Positions 12,325-25,170 are shown, numbered from the whole stretch's first letter. The stretch is DNA of 63,273 nt, filler included, from Octopus bimaculoides (GCF_001194135.2; 5 parts of 5 records of this genome joined end to end with filler, not necessarily neighbours in it), one strand, 5' to 3'. The notes: generated by a model not told the origin, from the letters alone. Numbers and translations: made by a program.

Positions 12325-13135
12325 CCCCCACCACCACTTTACCTCCTGCTGTGTTACTACTGCTACTACGACAACCACCACCACTACTGTCACCATCATT
12401 ACAACTACCACCAGCACCACGTCAAACAACACCGCTACCACCTATACCACTACCAATATTACAACCACCACCACCACCACTACCATTACTACTATCACTA
12501 CTACCACTACCACCACCCCCACTGCCACTGTCACTATTACTACAGCCATCATTACCACCACCACCACCACTGTCAACACCATTATCTCCACCACCATCGT
12601 CACCGCCACCACCACCAACACTACCACTATTATCACCACAACCCCCCGCCACTATCATACCATCACTACCATTTCTGTTACCATTACAGTGTCACCATCA
12701 CGATCACCACTACATCCACCGTTACTACCATGACCACCACAACTATCATTACCATCACCACTACCACCACTGGCATCCCCACCATCACCCGCAATACCTT
12801 CACTTCCATCCCCATCACCACCACCAAACACCTTTACCATCAGCAACATCATCATCACCACCATCATCATCACCACCACCACAACCACTACTACAACCGC
12901 TGTCACCACCACTATCATCATCATCATCCTCACCACAATTACCACCATTTTCACTATCACCTCCATCAACTTCAACACCACGACTCACCACTGCCACTAC
13001 CACCAACACCAACACCTTCAGGAACCGTTACCAGCATCAGCATCAACATTGACTTCCTGTCCCCCCACCGTCACTACAACAACCACACCACTACCGCTGT
13101 AACAGCTATAACCAATAATTCTAGCGACTATACTA
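12325..13135. repeat. Degenerate (ACC/ACT/ATC)n tract
   Basis: Directly visible; produces Thr-, Pro- and His-rich ORFs in three frames. Confidence 0.9.
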
Positions 13136-13319
13136 CACATTATGTAATGTAGTTCTATATACTCTGTGTCTGAATATAAGTTGGGATGGTCACAACTGGA
13201 GCGTATTTGATCATAGATTTATGGGACCAAAACTGACCTGGGGCTAAACAATGACAACTGTAGCCATTAATACTAACGAGTATATTAATGAGTATATCTG
13301 AGTGTGTGTGTGTTTGCTT

Positions 13320-13521
13320 TTGTGTTTGTGTTCCAATCCCACCCACCCCATTTGACAACCTGTGTTGGTTTGCTTACATCCCTGTAATGTAGCAGTTCAG
13401 CTGAAGACACCAATAGAATAAGTACTAAACTTTTAAATGTTTTCTGGTGTCGATTTGTTTGACTGAGCAGTTCAAGGTGGTGCCCCAGCATGACCAGAGT
13501 TCACTGACTAACAAGTAAGAG
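13320..13521 (+). mobile_element. SINE family A, 3' part, diverged
   Basis: ttgacaac..gtaatgtagcagttcagc..atagaataagtact..gtcgatttg..gtgccccagcatgacc..aacaagtaaga. Confidence 0.8.
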
Positions 13522-13610
13522 ATGGAATCTTTAGCCTTACTTGTACACTTCTGTATGCAAGTATGAACATGTGTGTGTGTGTGTGTGGATTTTCCTTATA
13601 TATTAAAAAA

Positions 13611-14693
13611 CACCCATGCTGGTGCCAGATGAAAAGCACCCGGTCCACTTTGTAACGTGGTTGGCATTTAGGAAGGGCATCCAGCTGTAGAAACCATTCC
13701 AAAGCAGACCTCACTGGTGCTGGTGCCGGGTGAAAAGCACTCGGTCCATTCTGTAAAGTGGTTGGCATTAGGAAGGGCATCCAGCTGTAGAACNNNNNNN
13801 NNNNNNNNNNNNNNNNNNNNNNNNNNNNNNNNNNNNNNNNNNNNNNNNNNNNNNNNNNNNNNNNNNNNNNNNNNNNNNNNNNNNNNNNNNNNNNNNNNNN
13901 NNNNNNNNNNNNNNNNNNNNNNNNNNNNNNNNNNNNNNNNNNNNNNNNNNNNNNNNNNNNNNNNNNNNNNNNNNNNNNNNNNNNNNNNNNNNNNNNNNNN
14001 NNNNNNNNNNNNNNNNNNNNNNNNNNNNNNNNNNNNNNNNNNNNNNNNNNNNNNNNNNNNNNNNNNNNNNNNNNNNNNNNNNNNNNNNNNNNNNNNNNNN
14101 NNNNNNNNNNNNNNNNNNNNNNNNNNNNNNNNNNNNNNNNNNNNNNNNNNNNNNNNNNNNNNNNNNNNNNNNNNNNNNNNNNNNNNNNNNNNNNNNNNNN
14201 NNNNNNNNNNNNNNNNNNNNNNNNNNNNNNNNNNNNNNNNNNNNNNNNNNNNNNNNNNNNNNNNNNNNNNNNNNNNNNNNNNNNNNNNNNNNNNNNNNNN
14301 NNNNNNNNNNNNNNNNNNNNNNNNNNNNNNNNNNNNNNNNNNNNNNNNNTTGGCATTAGGAAGGGCATCCAGCTGTAGAAACCATTCCAAAGCAGACCTC
14401 ACTGGTGCTGGTGCTGGGTGAAAAGCACTCGGTCAATTCTGTAAAGTGGTTGGCATTAGGAAGGGCATCCAGCTGTAGAAACCATTCCAAAGCAGACCTC
14501 ACTGGTGCTGGTGCTGGGTGAAAAGCACTCGGTCCATTCTGTAAAGTGGTTGGCATTAGGAAGGGCATCCAGCTGTAGAACCCATGCTTGAACATAGAAC
14601 AGGAGCCTGGTGCAGCTTTCTGGCTCACCAGCTCATGTCAAACTGTCCAACCCATACCAGCATAGAAAACAGATGTTGAATGACAATGATGAT
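13611..14693 (+). repeat. 100-bp tandem array derived from the RTE 3' UTR, ending in the RTE terminus
   Basis: The unit gaaaagcactcggtccattctgtaaagtggttggcattaggaagggcatccagctgtagaaacc... recurs at 13631, 13732, 14420 and 14520. It is homologous to 26044-26293 and ends ccaacccataccagcat..gatgat. Confidence 0.9.
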
Positions 14694-15214
14694 CAGTGAG
14701 CTTGGCCAAAAGTGACCATCTCTTCTGATGGTAACAGGCCACCAGGAAAACTACAAATAGTAGTGCTAATGGTCAGTTTGACCAGAAAGAAGTGACCAGA
14801 TTTGTTGAGAGAAGCGAATGAGAATTCGGTGTGGTGGTGGTGGCGGTGGCGGTAATATCACTTAAGCATTTGTATGTATATTTGCTTCTCTGCATGTGTA
14901 TGTGCGTGCGTGTGTGTTCGTTATATATTAATGGTCATTAGCTTGACCAAAAGTGACCGATGCTTTCTGATTACGTAACAGGCTACCAATAAAATTACAA
15001 TTAGTCTTAATGGTACATTTGTATCTGTGTGTGTTTATGTGTGTGTATTTGTGTATGTATAGATTATTGAATATATGTGTGTGCATATGTCTGTATACAA
15101 ATATGTGTATGTATATATATATTTGTGTGTGTATGCAAATATGTGTATATATATATATATAGAGAGAGAGAGATAGATGTACATGTATATATGTGTGTTT
15201 ATGAATTTGTGTTG

Positions 15215-15254
<40 letters not shown>

Positions 15255-15940
15255 GACATACATATGTATACACACACACATGTGTGCGTTTGTGAGTGTG
15301 TTTGTGTTCAGGCGCCCAATGCTTGATGACCAGTGTTAGTTTGTTTACAACCCCCTGTGTTTCTTGAGTGTGGCAGGTGAGGTGGCAGTGTTGATGGTCA
15401 TTTCGGCCACTTAGAAGTGACCGATAGATATGTGGTGGCAGTATTGCTCATTAGTTTGTCCACATATTTGCCTTTCTGCATGTGTATGGGAGTGTGTGTT
15501 CTTTATATTCTAGTGGTCAGTTTGCTTGACCATTAGTGTCCATGGATTTACTGGACTTAAAAATCAATCAAGATTTAATTAGGGGATTTTTTCTCTCTCT
15601 TTGCAGCTCCTTTTTCTTTTTATCTTTTATCTCCATGTGTCGGTCAGTTTGACCAGAAGAAACTGACTGCAATGGCAATAGTATTAGCGGTGGTGTGGGT
15701 GGTGGGGATCGTGATTGTGGTGTTGGCATTGGTACTGGCGGTGGTGGTGTTGCTGTTAATGGTAATAATATTAATATTGCTGTTGGTCAGTTTGACCACA
15801 GCAACATTGGTGGTGGTGGTGGTGACAGTAGTGCTAAAGTTAATGTTGTTGTTGCTAATATTAAAGATATTGTCTGTGGTGGTGAACTGTTAGAATTGTT
15901 ATCATGCCAGGCAAAAGGCTTATCAATATTTTATCTGTTT

Positions 15941-16085
15941 TTATGTTCAAATTCCACCGAGGTCGACTTTGCCTTTCATCTTTTCTGGGTCGATAAATCA
16001 AGTACCAGTTCAGTACTGGGGTCGATGTGATCAACTGTCCCCCTCTCCACAAAATCCAGGCCTTGTGCCAATGGTAGAAAGGATG
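15941..16085 (+). mobile_element. SINE family B, 5'-truncated
   Basis: gttcaaattcc B-box, gtcgactttgcctttcatc, aagtaccagtt..tactggggtcgatgt. Homologous to 51393-51610. Confidence 0.85.
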
Positions 16086-16271
16086 AGAGAACAGTGCATG
16101 CAATCAAAGTGACACTGACGAAAGAGCAAAACTCCTGAAATATGGCATATACTCCCATTATCCTTTTTTCATCTCTGAATCTCATTGTTGTCTTGTATCC
16201 GAAACATCCTTACAGAATCAGTGCTGGCTATAATTCCTGTAGAGAATCTGCAGAGATAACGTTAACGAATA

Positions 16272-16422
16272 CTGTGAAGTGGTTGGCATTAGGAAAGGCG
16301 TCTAGCTGTAGAAACCATGCCAAAGCAGACACTGGAGCACGATACAGTCCTTTGGCCCATTGGATCCTGTCAAACCAACCCACCCATACCAGCATGGAAC
16401 ACGGATGTTAAATGATGATGAT
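16272..16422 (+). mobile_element. RTE LINE 3' terminus
   Basis: gtggttggcattaggaaaggc..tagctgtagaaacc..cccataccagcatggaa..gatgttaaatgatgatgatg. Homologous to the 13611 and 26044 copies. Confidence 0.85.
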
Positions 16423-17199
16423 GGTCAGCTTGACCACTAGGAATTGGTTACATTAATGATGATGGTGATGATAGTGTTGTCACTTTCATTTTCCTGTTTG
16501 CTAAGTCATTATCTCTGTTTCGCTGCTCTCACATTATCAGTGGTCAGTTTGAGCAGAGAGTAATGTGGCTTAATATTGATGGTCAGTTTGACCACATGAG
16601 TGGCATTACTCTTAGTGGCCAGTTTCTATCTCCAACACATGGAGATAGTGTAGATGCTAGTATTGGCATTAGTTTGACCTAAGGGAACTGACCAATAGGT
16701 TGAGTCATGGTGTTGTTGACCAAATAGAAGTGACCAGTAATTAAATGGTTTTGATAGTACTGACGGTCATTTTGGACATGTAAAACTGACCAATATATTG
16801 ATGGTAGGGATGGTGCTGATAAAATTGGTATTGGTCAGTTTGACCACAGAGTAGAGACCAATAATTTTATGGTTGTATTGATGGTCATCTTGGACACATA
16901 AAACTGACCAATATATTGATAATGAGGAATATGTTGATCCTAGTGGTGTGGGTTAGTTTGACCGCTGAGAAGCAACCATTTATTTGGTAATGGCAATATT
17001 TTCAATTGGTGGTGTTGCTGGTTACTCTTGCCATAGAGAAGTCACCAATAATTTGGTAATGGTTATAATATTCTTTGTGATGTTAGTGGTCAGTTTGGCT
17101 TCATACATGGTGTTCGTGGTCAACTTTTACATCATATTTTGTGATTATGGTCCAACGAACCATTTGTGCTACCAATTTATACCATCAATGATGCCACCA

Positions 17200-18180
17200 T
17201 CATTACCACTGATTGTCTGACCATTGTCTGGTCAACTGCCACCACACCCATTGTTGTTGCTATTAGTGACACCATCATCATCATCATCGGTTTAATTACA
17301 ATCACTATAGCTACAGTTACTGCCACCACTACCACCACCATCATCATCATTATCCTCATCTCTATGATCATCATCACCACCATCATCATCATCATCATCA
17401 CTGCCATCATTCTTACCACCATTACCATCATCATCATCATCACTATTAGTATCATCATCATCATTGCCACCACCTTCGTCAGCATCACCACTACCACCAG
17501 TCTCACCTCTGTCATCCACCACCATACACCACCATCACCACCACCACCATCACCACCACCACCACCACCACCACCACCACCACCATATCCACCACTACTA
17601 CCGTCAACAACAATACATCCACTACCACCACTACCACTACTACTGCCACCACCACAACTACTCCCATTTCCACTGCAACCGCAACCACTACTACCAACAC
17701 CACAACTACTACCACCACCACCACCACCACAACTACCATCACTACTACCACTATTAGCACCATCATTATAACTACCACCACTACCATCACAACTACCATC
17801 ACTACTACCACTATTATCACCATCATTATAACTACCACCACCACCACCACAACTACCATCACTACTACCACTATTACCACCATCATTATAACTACCACCA
17901 CTNNNNNNNNNNNNNNNNNNNNNNNNNNNTCACCATCATTATAACTACCACCACCACCACCACAACTACCATCACTACTACCACTATTACCACCATCATT
18001 ATAACTACCACCACTACCATCACAACTACCACTACTATCATCATTACAGCAACCACATCTATCACTACCACCAAGACAACCATCATATTCACTGCCACCA
18101 ACACTACAACCATAACCACTACCAGCAGCACCACAGCAATCGTCCCCAACCCCACCATGACCATCACTCGAGGCTCCATC
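17200..18180. repeat. Degenerate (CAT/CAC/ACT)n trinucleotide tract
   Basis: Directly visible. Confidence 0.95.
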
Positions 18181-18302
18181 AATTAATTATACATTGTGAC
18201 TAATTCTCTCACGTAAATTGATTTCGTCGCTTTTGCTTGGCTGTGTAGTATAATTGTTTTTGTCTGTCTTTATGTATGTATGCCTGTATGACTGTGTGTC
18301 TG

Positions 18303-18351
<49 letters not shown>

Positions 18352-18499
18352 GTGTGTGTGTGTGTTTGTATACGTGTATGTCTGTTGATCTCTCTGTATG
18401 TAGGTGTGTATGTATGTATGCATTATGTATGGATGTATGCATATATATGAATATATGTGTGTGTGTGTGTGTGTGTGTATGTATTTATTTGTGTGTATC

Positions 18500-18676
18500 A
18501 TTGTGTCTCTGTCCCCCTACCACCGCTTGACAAGTATTGTTGGTGTGTTTATGTCTCCATAACTTAGTGGTTCAGCAAATAGACCAATAAGATAAGTACT
18601 AGGCCTAAAAAGATTAAGTCCTATGGTCGATTTGTTCAACTCCATAGCTGCAGTCAAATGATTGAAACAAGTAAAA
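18500..18676 (+). mobile_element. SINE family A, 3' part
   Basis: cgcttgacaa..taacttagtggttcagcaaa..ataagtactaggc..gcagtcaaatgattgaaacaagtaaaa. Confidence 0.85.
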
Positions 18677-18682
18677 CATATA

Positions 18683-18740
<58 letters not shown>

Positions 18741-18999
18741 CACAACAAAAAATGGAACGAGAACATAACAGGGGACAACAAAACATTCGGACAGTCAGGG
18801 ATACAAAAAATGGACAGGAAAAAACAAGGACGGGACATCTGGAGATTTCAATCTTCAGTCGAGAAGCAGATCATCTTTGCAGTTTCAGCCATATATATAT
18901 ATGTATATATATATGTCTTAGGGAGACTTAGAAATATTAATATTTCTATATATATAGATGTATAACATATGCAGTGTAGCTACACACATGCTGTTGGCG

Positions 19000-19150
19000 A
19001 TGTCTTTTCCTTCTTTGGAAGTTTCCCTTTCTCCTTTCCGATGAAGAGCTATGCTCGAAACATCAAAAAGCTTTCTTTTTACTGAGCGTCAAACTAATAC
19101 TTTCCTTTTGCATGTCCTTTTGTTGTTTGTTATCAGTAATTTTATTGTTC
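19000..19150 (+). mobile_element. Penelope-type terminal repeat with a decayed minimal hammerhead motif
   Basis: CCTTT-CCGATGA-AGAGC-TAT-GCTC-GAAAC-ATC-AAAA at 19033-19068. The downstream ctgagcgtcaaactaatac is shared with the copies at 29.2 and 31.6 kb. Confidence 0.65.
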
Positions 19151-19175
19151 GTTTATTTTGAATTGACTATTGTAT

Positions 19176-19326
19176 ATGTGTGTCTGTGTTTGTCCCCCAA
19201 CATCACTTGACAACTGATGCTGGTGTGTTTACGCGCCTGTAACTTAGCGGTTCGGCAAAAGAGACCGATAGAATAAGGACTAGGCTTACAAAGAATAAGT
19301 CCTGGGGTCGATTTGCTCGACTAAAA
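19176..19326 (+). mobile_element. SINE family A, 3' part, tail truncated
   Basis: Close match to 6530-6685. Confidence 0.9.
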
Positions 19327-19329
19327 GAG

Positions 19330-19999
19330 TAATACTGCCACTCCTACGATCACCAATACCACCTCCACTATCACCGCCACTGCTACCATACTGACCACCA
19401 CTACTAATAATGGTAGCACAGCCTCGATACTATCACAGCACCTTCCCACTATCACCGATACTATCCTACAAGCAGCATTATCATCACCACTGTCGCTATC
19501 ACCAATACTGCAACCCAAAGTACTACTGTTACTAATACTACCACCACAACCATTACCAAAACAACCTCCACCATCACCACCACTGACCTTCCCCTCCACT
19601 ACTACCACGACTAACACCAATGCCAGTACAGTTACCAGCATGGCTACTACTGTAACCAATACAATCATGATCACTGCCACCATTACCACCATAACTACCA
19701 CCAACACCACCATCATAAATACCACCACCACAACTACTACCACCAATACCACCATCACTATCAGTACTGCTACTACAACCACCACTGCCGCAACCAACGT
19801 CACCGCCACCCACTACCACCACCACAACTACCACCACCATCATAACTACCACCACAACTACCACAGCTACAGCTATCACCACCACAGCCACTACGGCTGC
19901 CACCACTGCTGCAACTACTGTAATAACAATCTCCACAACAACGACAGCCACTATCGCCACAACCATCACCACTACCACCACCACCACCACCACCACCAC
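19330..19999. repeat. Degenerate (ACT/ACC/CAC)n tract
   Basis: Directly visible. Confidence 0.9.
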
Positions 20000-20611
20000 N
20001 NNNNNNNNNNNNNNNNNNNNNNNNNNNNNNNNNNNNNNNNNNNNNNNNNNNNTACAAAAAGGTATTACCTACTTAAGACACAAATCACTGGTTAGGCTAA
20101 CATCGTTCTTGGGTCTCTAACCTGTTATTTTCTTGTCCTCTAATTTTTTTAGGGATTTTTCAGTATGTGCTCCTTCTCCCTCTGCCATGACCCTACAATT
20201 TAGGGCCCACTTACTGCAGATAGCTCCCCTATATATGATATACCATTGTGTCTGTGTGTGTGTGTGTGTGTGTGTGGATGGGTGTATAGCTGTGTGGATG
20301 GGTGTGTGTGTGTGTGTGTATGTGTATGTAAGTGTTTTGGTGTGTATATATGTGGGTATATATATCTGTATATATTTATGCACACACACACCCAATAATG
20401 TGTATATATATACATATACACAAAAACACATGTGTTTGTGTATATACATGTATGTATGTATGTTTGTCTGTGTGCATATATATATGTGCATCTGTGTATA
20501 TATGCATGTATATATGTGTGTATATATGTATATATTTTATGTGCATATATATATAATATATATATATGATACATTTGTGTGTATTTACATATATGTATGT
20601 TCATGTATGTT

Positions 20612-20652
<41 letters not shown>

Positions 20653-20966
20653 NNNNNNNNNNGTGTGTGTGTGTATGTGTATGTAAGTGTTTTGGTGTGT
20701 ATATATGTGGGTATATATATCTGTATATATTTATGCACACACACACCCAATAATGTGTATATATATACATATACACAAAAACACATGTGTTTGTGTATAT
20801 ACATGTATGTATGTATGTTTGTCTGTGTGCATATATATATGTGCATCTGTGTATATATGCATGTATATATGTGTGTATATATGTATATATTTTATGTGCA
20901 TATATATATAATATATATATATGATACATTTGTGTGTATTTACATATATGTATGTTCATGTATGTT

Positions 20967-21031
<65 letters not shown>

Positions 21032-21081
21032 GTATGTACGTATATATACATATATAATTTGTGTGTGTTTGTGTATGTATT

Positions 21082-21181
21082 NNNNNNNNNNNNNNNNNNN
21101 NNNNNNNNNNNNNNNNNNNNNNNNNTTAATTAATTAANNNNNNNNNNNNNNNNNNNNNNNNNNNNNNNNNNNNNNNNNNNN
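21082..21181. other. Artificial gap N44-TTAATTAATTAA-N44
   Basis: Linker at 21126-21137. Confidence 0.95.
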
Positions 21182-21219
<38 letters not shown>

Positions 21220-21393
21220 TATGTATACACATATATATACACGTATATGCATACATATCTCTCTATAATATATAAATATATATATATAGAGAGAGAGATA
21301 GATAGATAAATATTAAAAAAATTAATGAGTGGGTGCGTTACATAAATAATATTTTCAGGATTAAATAAAAAGACAAACAGAAAATATGACATA

Positions 21394-21476
<83 letters not shown>

Positions 21477-21540
21477 CATTAAAAAAAAAACGTGTAGTAA
21501 ATAAACAAACGAACATATACTAAATACAAAAGCAAACAAA

Positions 21541-21774
21541 GCACAGAAAGTCACCACTTCCTCATCAGTATCTGCCAGAGGGGCAAACATAATTCCAGCC
21601 ATTATTGATAATATTGCTTTCACTCTGGAGGCACTGACAAGAAACTTGCCGGGAATGGGACCAAAACACAACAAAACGAGACAAGCTCAGAGTGGAAGCA
21701 ATATTATCAATAAGGGCTGAAATTGCATTTGACCCTCTGGCCAATAAGTGATGAAGAATTGGTGACTTCTGTGT
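21541..21774. repeat. Foldback inverted repeat (about 87-bp arms, 60-bp spacer)
   Basis: 21541-21627 matches the reverse complement of 21688-21774 at roughly 80-85% by eye, including a perfect TTATTGATAATATTGCTT. Confidence 0.85.
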
Positions 21775-21881
21775 TTTCTGTTCACCTGTGTATTTAGTAA
21801 ACGTTTGTCTGTTTATTTACTCCATGTTTTTTTTAATTATATATATAGGTGTGTCATATTTTCCATTTGTTGTCTTTTTAT

Positions 21882-21918
<37 letters not shown>

Positions 21919-21952
21919 CATATACACATGTATATATACATATATGCATACA

Positions 21953-22037
<85 letters not shown>

Positions 22038-22759
22038 AATATACATACATACATACATACATACATATATGCATACATACATGTATACATGCCTATATAG
22101 ATACATACGTAAATATAGACACATATAGACACACACACACACATACACATATACAGTACAAACCATATTCATGCTATCCATCACTCTCACTCACATTTCT
22201 CCCTCATCCATCAGTCATTGTTGACATCAATCACTCTTTTTTTCTCCCCTTATCAATTACACTGCTTGCACTATTTTTATTCAGCCTCCTTATGAACAAT
22301 CCTCATCTAGCTGTCTACTACTATTTCTCTTTTATTTCTCTCTTCTCTATCAACCACTTTCACTAGTTCTCGTTGCCTGTGGTAGACGTGCAGGAATAGT
22401 TAGTTAGCAGTCAAAGTTACCAGTAAAATAATTTTCTTCAAATGTCTAGAAAGCTCTGCTGAAGTCATTTAAAGCTTTTTTTAATTATTATTTAGGTACC
22501 CTAATCAGCTATGGAACAGGGCATTTTGAAAGCAAAATAACCAGAATTGGGGTAGGATAGAAAAATGCCAGAGAACTGTAACCTCTCATCGTGACAAAAA
22601 GATTCTCTGAGTGTAAAGCAGATTAATAATCCTTGTGTGTAAACTATAATACTGCATGGTAGTGAAACATTGACAATGAATACAAAGGAAATGTTGAGAA
22701 TGGAAAAAATGAACAAGCATTATCCACTGAGTACATTAAGTTTGTGTGCTTCAGGGCAC

Positions 22760-23050
22760 ACGTGAGCTGAGAGAAAAACTACATAAAATAAGAGATCAAT
22801 TGTAATGTGCAAATGAGACGACTATGTAGATACGTATATGTAAAGCGTATGGTTGATGACAGATGGGTTATCAAAAAGTGGTAGAAGATCCATCTGGAAA
22901 GAACCCATGGAAGAAAAAAAATCAGGAAAGATATGGGCAGCAATGGTGAAAACTGATCTCAGAAATAAAAAGACAAAGCAATCTTGCAAGTGTGAGAATG
23001 CTATGTTAGAGAGTACCTGCCCAACACATGAAAGCATAAAAAAATTAACA
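22760..23050 (+). mobile_element. Old RTE LINE ORF2 C-terminal fragment
   Basis: Frameshifted reading ELREKLHKIRD..VQMRRLC..YVKRMVDDRWVIKK..IHLERTHGRKK..KIWAAMVKTDLR parallels the RTE peptide at 9840-10030. Confidence 0.6.
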
Positions 23051-23806
23051 AAAGAATGATGAGGATAAAGATGATTTCACACACACACACACATGTCCAT
23101 TTATCCCTCCATCCGTCCATCCATCCGTCCATCTATCCATTTATATGTATGTATATCATTATTCAGTTTATGTATGTATGTATGTATGTATGTATGTATA
23201 TATGTATGTATGTATGCATGTTTATAAATAAACGTATATATGTATATACACACATGCAGATAGATATACGTATATCCATATACAAAAATTCATATAGAGG
23301 AAAAACAGGAATGGAGGTAAATTTATGCAAGGAAATACTTGACAAACCAATTGCATCATCAGATCATCAGAGTTTGTACAATAAACGAAATATTAGCCTT
23401 GAGACAATTTAAAGTTGTTAGATAGTTGCATTGTTTGTGATACAATCAGGCTGAACCTTCCATTCTCAAAGCACATTAAAACTAACGTAGTAAAAACTTG
23501 CTTTGAAATTCTTATTTAATAATTTTACAGTGAAAATTCATATACATAAAACTGAATTAGTGCATAAGCAATAGCCACAACCTGAATGATATAATTTATA
23601 CTCTTACTCATAGGAATGACCACTCAAATATAACAGTAAATAAAAATTCTACAACTCAATCACATATCAAATATTCTACAAGTATAAAGAACTCTGAAAA
23701 TAAAAATAGAGGGAAGAACTCCTACCTTCCTCAACACACTACAAAAACTGTTAAGGTTTCTAATCACAACAGGCCTGAGAGTAACAAGCATTCCTTCAGT
23801 TATGGT

Positions 23807-24108
23807 GATGAGTGTTCCCGCTGATCCAAACAATGGAACAGCATGCTCATGAAATTAATGTGCAAGTGGCTGAGTACTCCACAGATGCATGTAACCATAA
23901 CATAGTTCTCAGGGAGATTCAGTGCAACCTAGAATGTGACAAGGCTGGCCCTTTGAAATACAGGTATTACTAATTTTTGCCAGATGAGTGCACTGGAGAA
24001 ACGTGAAATAAAGTGTCTTGCTCAAGGACACAATGTGCTGCAGATATCAAACACATCCACTTATAATCGTGAGTGGAGTACCCTAACCATTAAGCTATGT
24101 GACTTCAC
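23807..24108 (-). mobile_element. tRNA-headed SINE, family C
   Basis: The minus strand starts gtgaagtcacatagcttaatggttaggg (same head as 35559), followed by the core motif gtgtccttgagcaagacact. Confidence 0.75.
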
Positions 24109-25170
24109 CATTTCATTAAAGGCAGAAATAATATGAAAACTGAACACAGAAATATTATCATCAATAAGATTAAAATTAGGCTCATCCCTTTAGGGAAGAA
24201 TAGTTTAACCTCTATTAATATGTGCAACCACAAGAATAAAACTAGCAGAAATAGTATTAAAGATGAGAGCACCAATAATGCTCACAGTCTCTTAACTCCA
24301 ACAGCGACCTCAGGTCCAAACAATAATGAAAAAATATAAAATCTTCAATCTCTTTTATAGGCTTCAAATAAGTGATCCATTAAAATCTAACTATAGAATA
24401 ATTCGAAAATTTCCTTTTAATGGAAATTGCTTGAGAAGCAATGTGGAGTGTAAGTACAATGTTGTCACCATTAGTGGCTGTAAATATCACATCAGTTAAA
24501 TTCAAATTTCAAAAGATAATTCACAAAATATAATAATACAAAAAATAATACAAAAAAATTAAAGTATTCAACATCATTAGCAGAATACATCTGGTTTTTA
24601 AAGTAAAAGGTGACAGGATAGCATTTATATTAGAATGACATATCATAGTTACTGTCCCCAGTGTATAAAGGAAACAGATGTAAGTGCAGATTATGTACTC
24701 TGGAGGCACTCGAAATACTACAGACAGATAAATAGGAAAAATCAAATTATAAAGGTATGCAACCACAAAAATCTGGAAACGTTTTAAGTTCTACTAGCCA
24801 AAGATTAAATTTAGTGCTAAATGCAGATTAGCAACTCATATTAACACCTTACATTCTTTAGAATAGCTATTAACTAGTCAAACAACAGCTTTCATGCCCT
24901 CAGAAAAATACTTTTCTAAAACTAATCAGACTTACAATATTTACATATTCCACCATGCTGGTTTGTCTATTCTTTATGTAATAGTATTGCATTGGCAATG
25001 CTAAATATATGAGGTAGTTTGGTGTAAATTATAAATTGTAAATTATAAATTATATGAGGCAAAACATATTCCTTTATTTCTTTGTTTGAACCCAAAAAGT
25101 ATGGCCATGTTGGGACACCACCTTTGGTTGGATATGTTGATATATATGCTTGTATGCATGCATTCATGTA

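Larger units (their letters stand above)
14694..17240. repeat. Decayed minisatellite with palindromic core TGGTCAGTTTGACCA followed by AGAAGTGACCA
   Basis: Perfect GGTCAnnnTGACC at 14771, 15642, 15785, 16423, 16581 and 16833. Variants at 14933, 15396, 15515, 16542, 16765, 16883, 16951, 17020 and 17088. Spacing is about 68 bp in 16765-17088. Confidence 0.85.

Noticed and set aside
12325-12733. Thr-rich mucin-like frame
   Set aside because: It is part of an ACC/ACT microsatellite like several others in the window, with no signal peptide or splice signals.
14694-17240. CRISPR-like pattern of a palindromic repeat with variable spacers
   Set aside because: Eukaryotic context, degenerate repeats, irregular spacing, spacers related to one another, and no cas genes.
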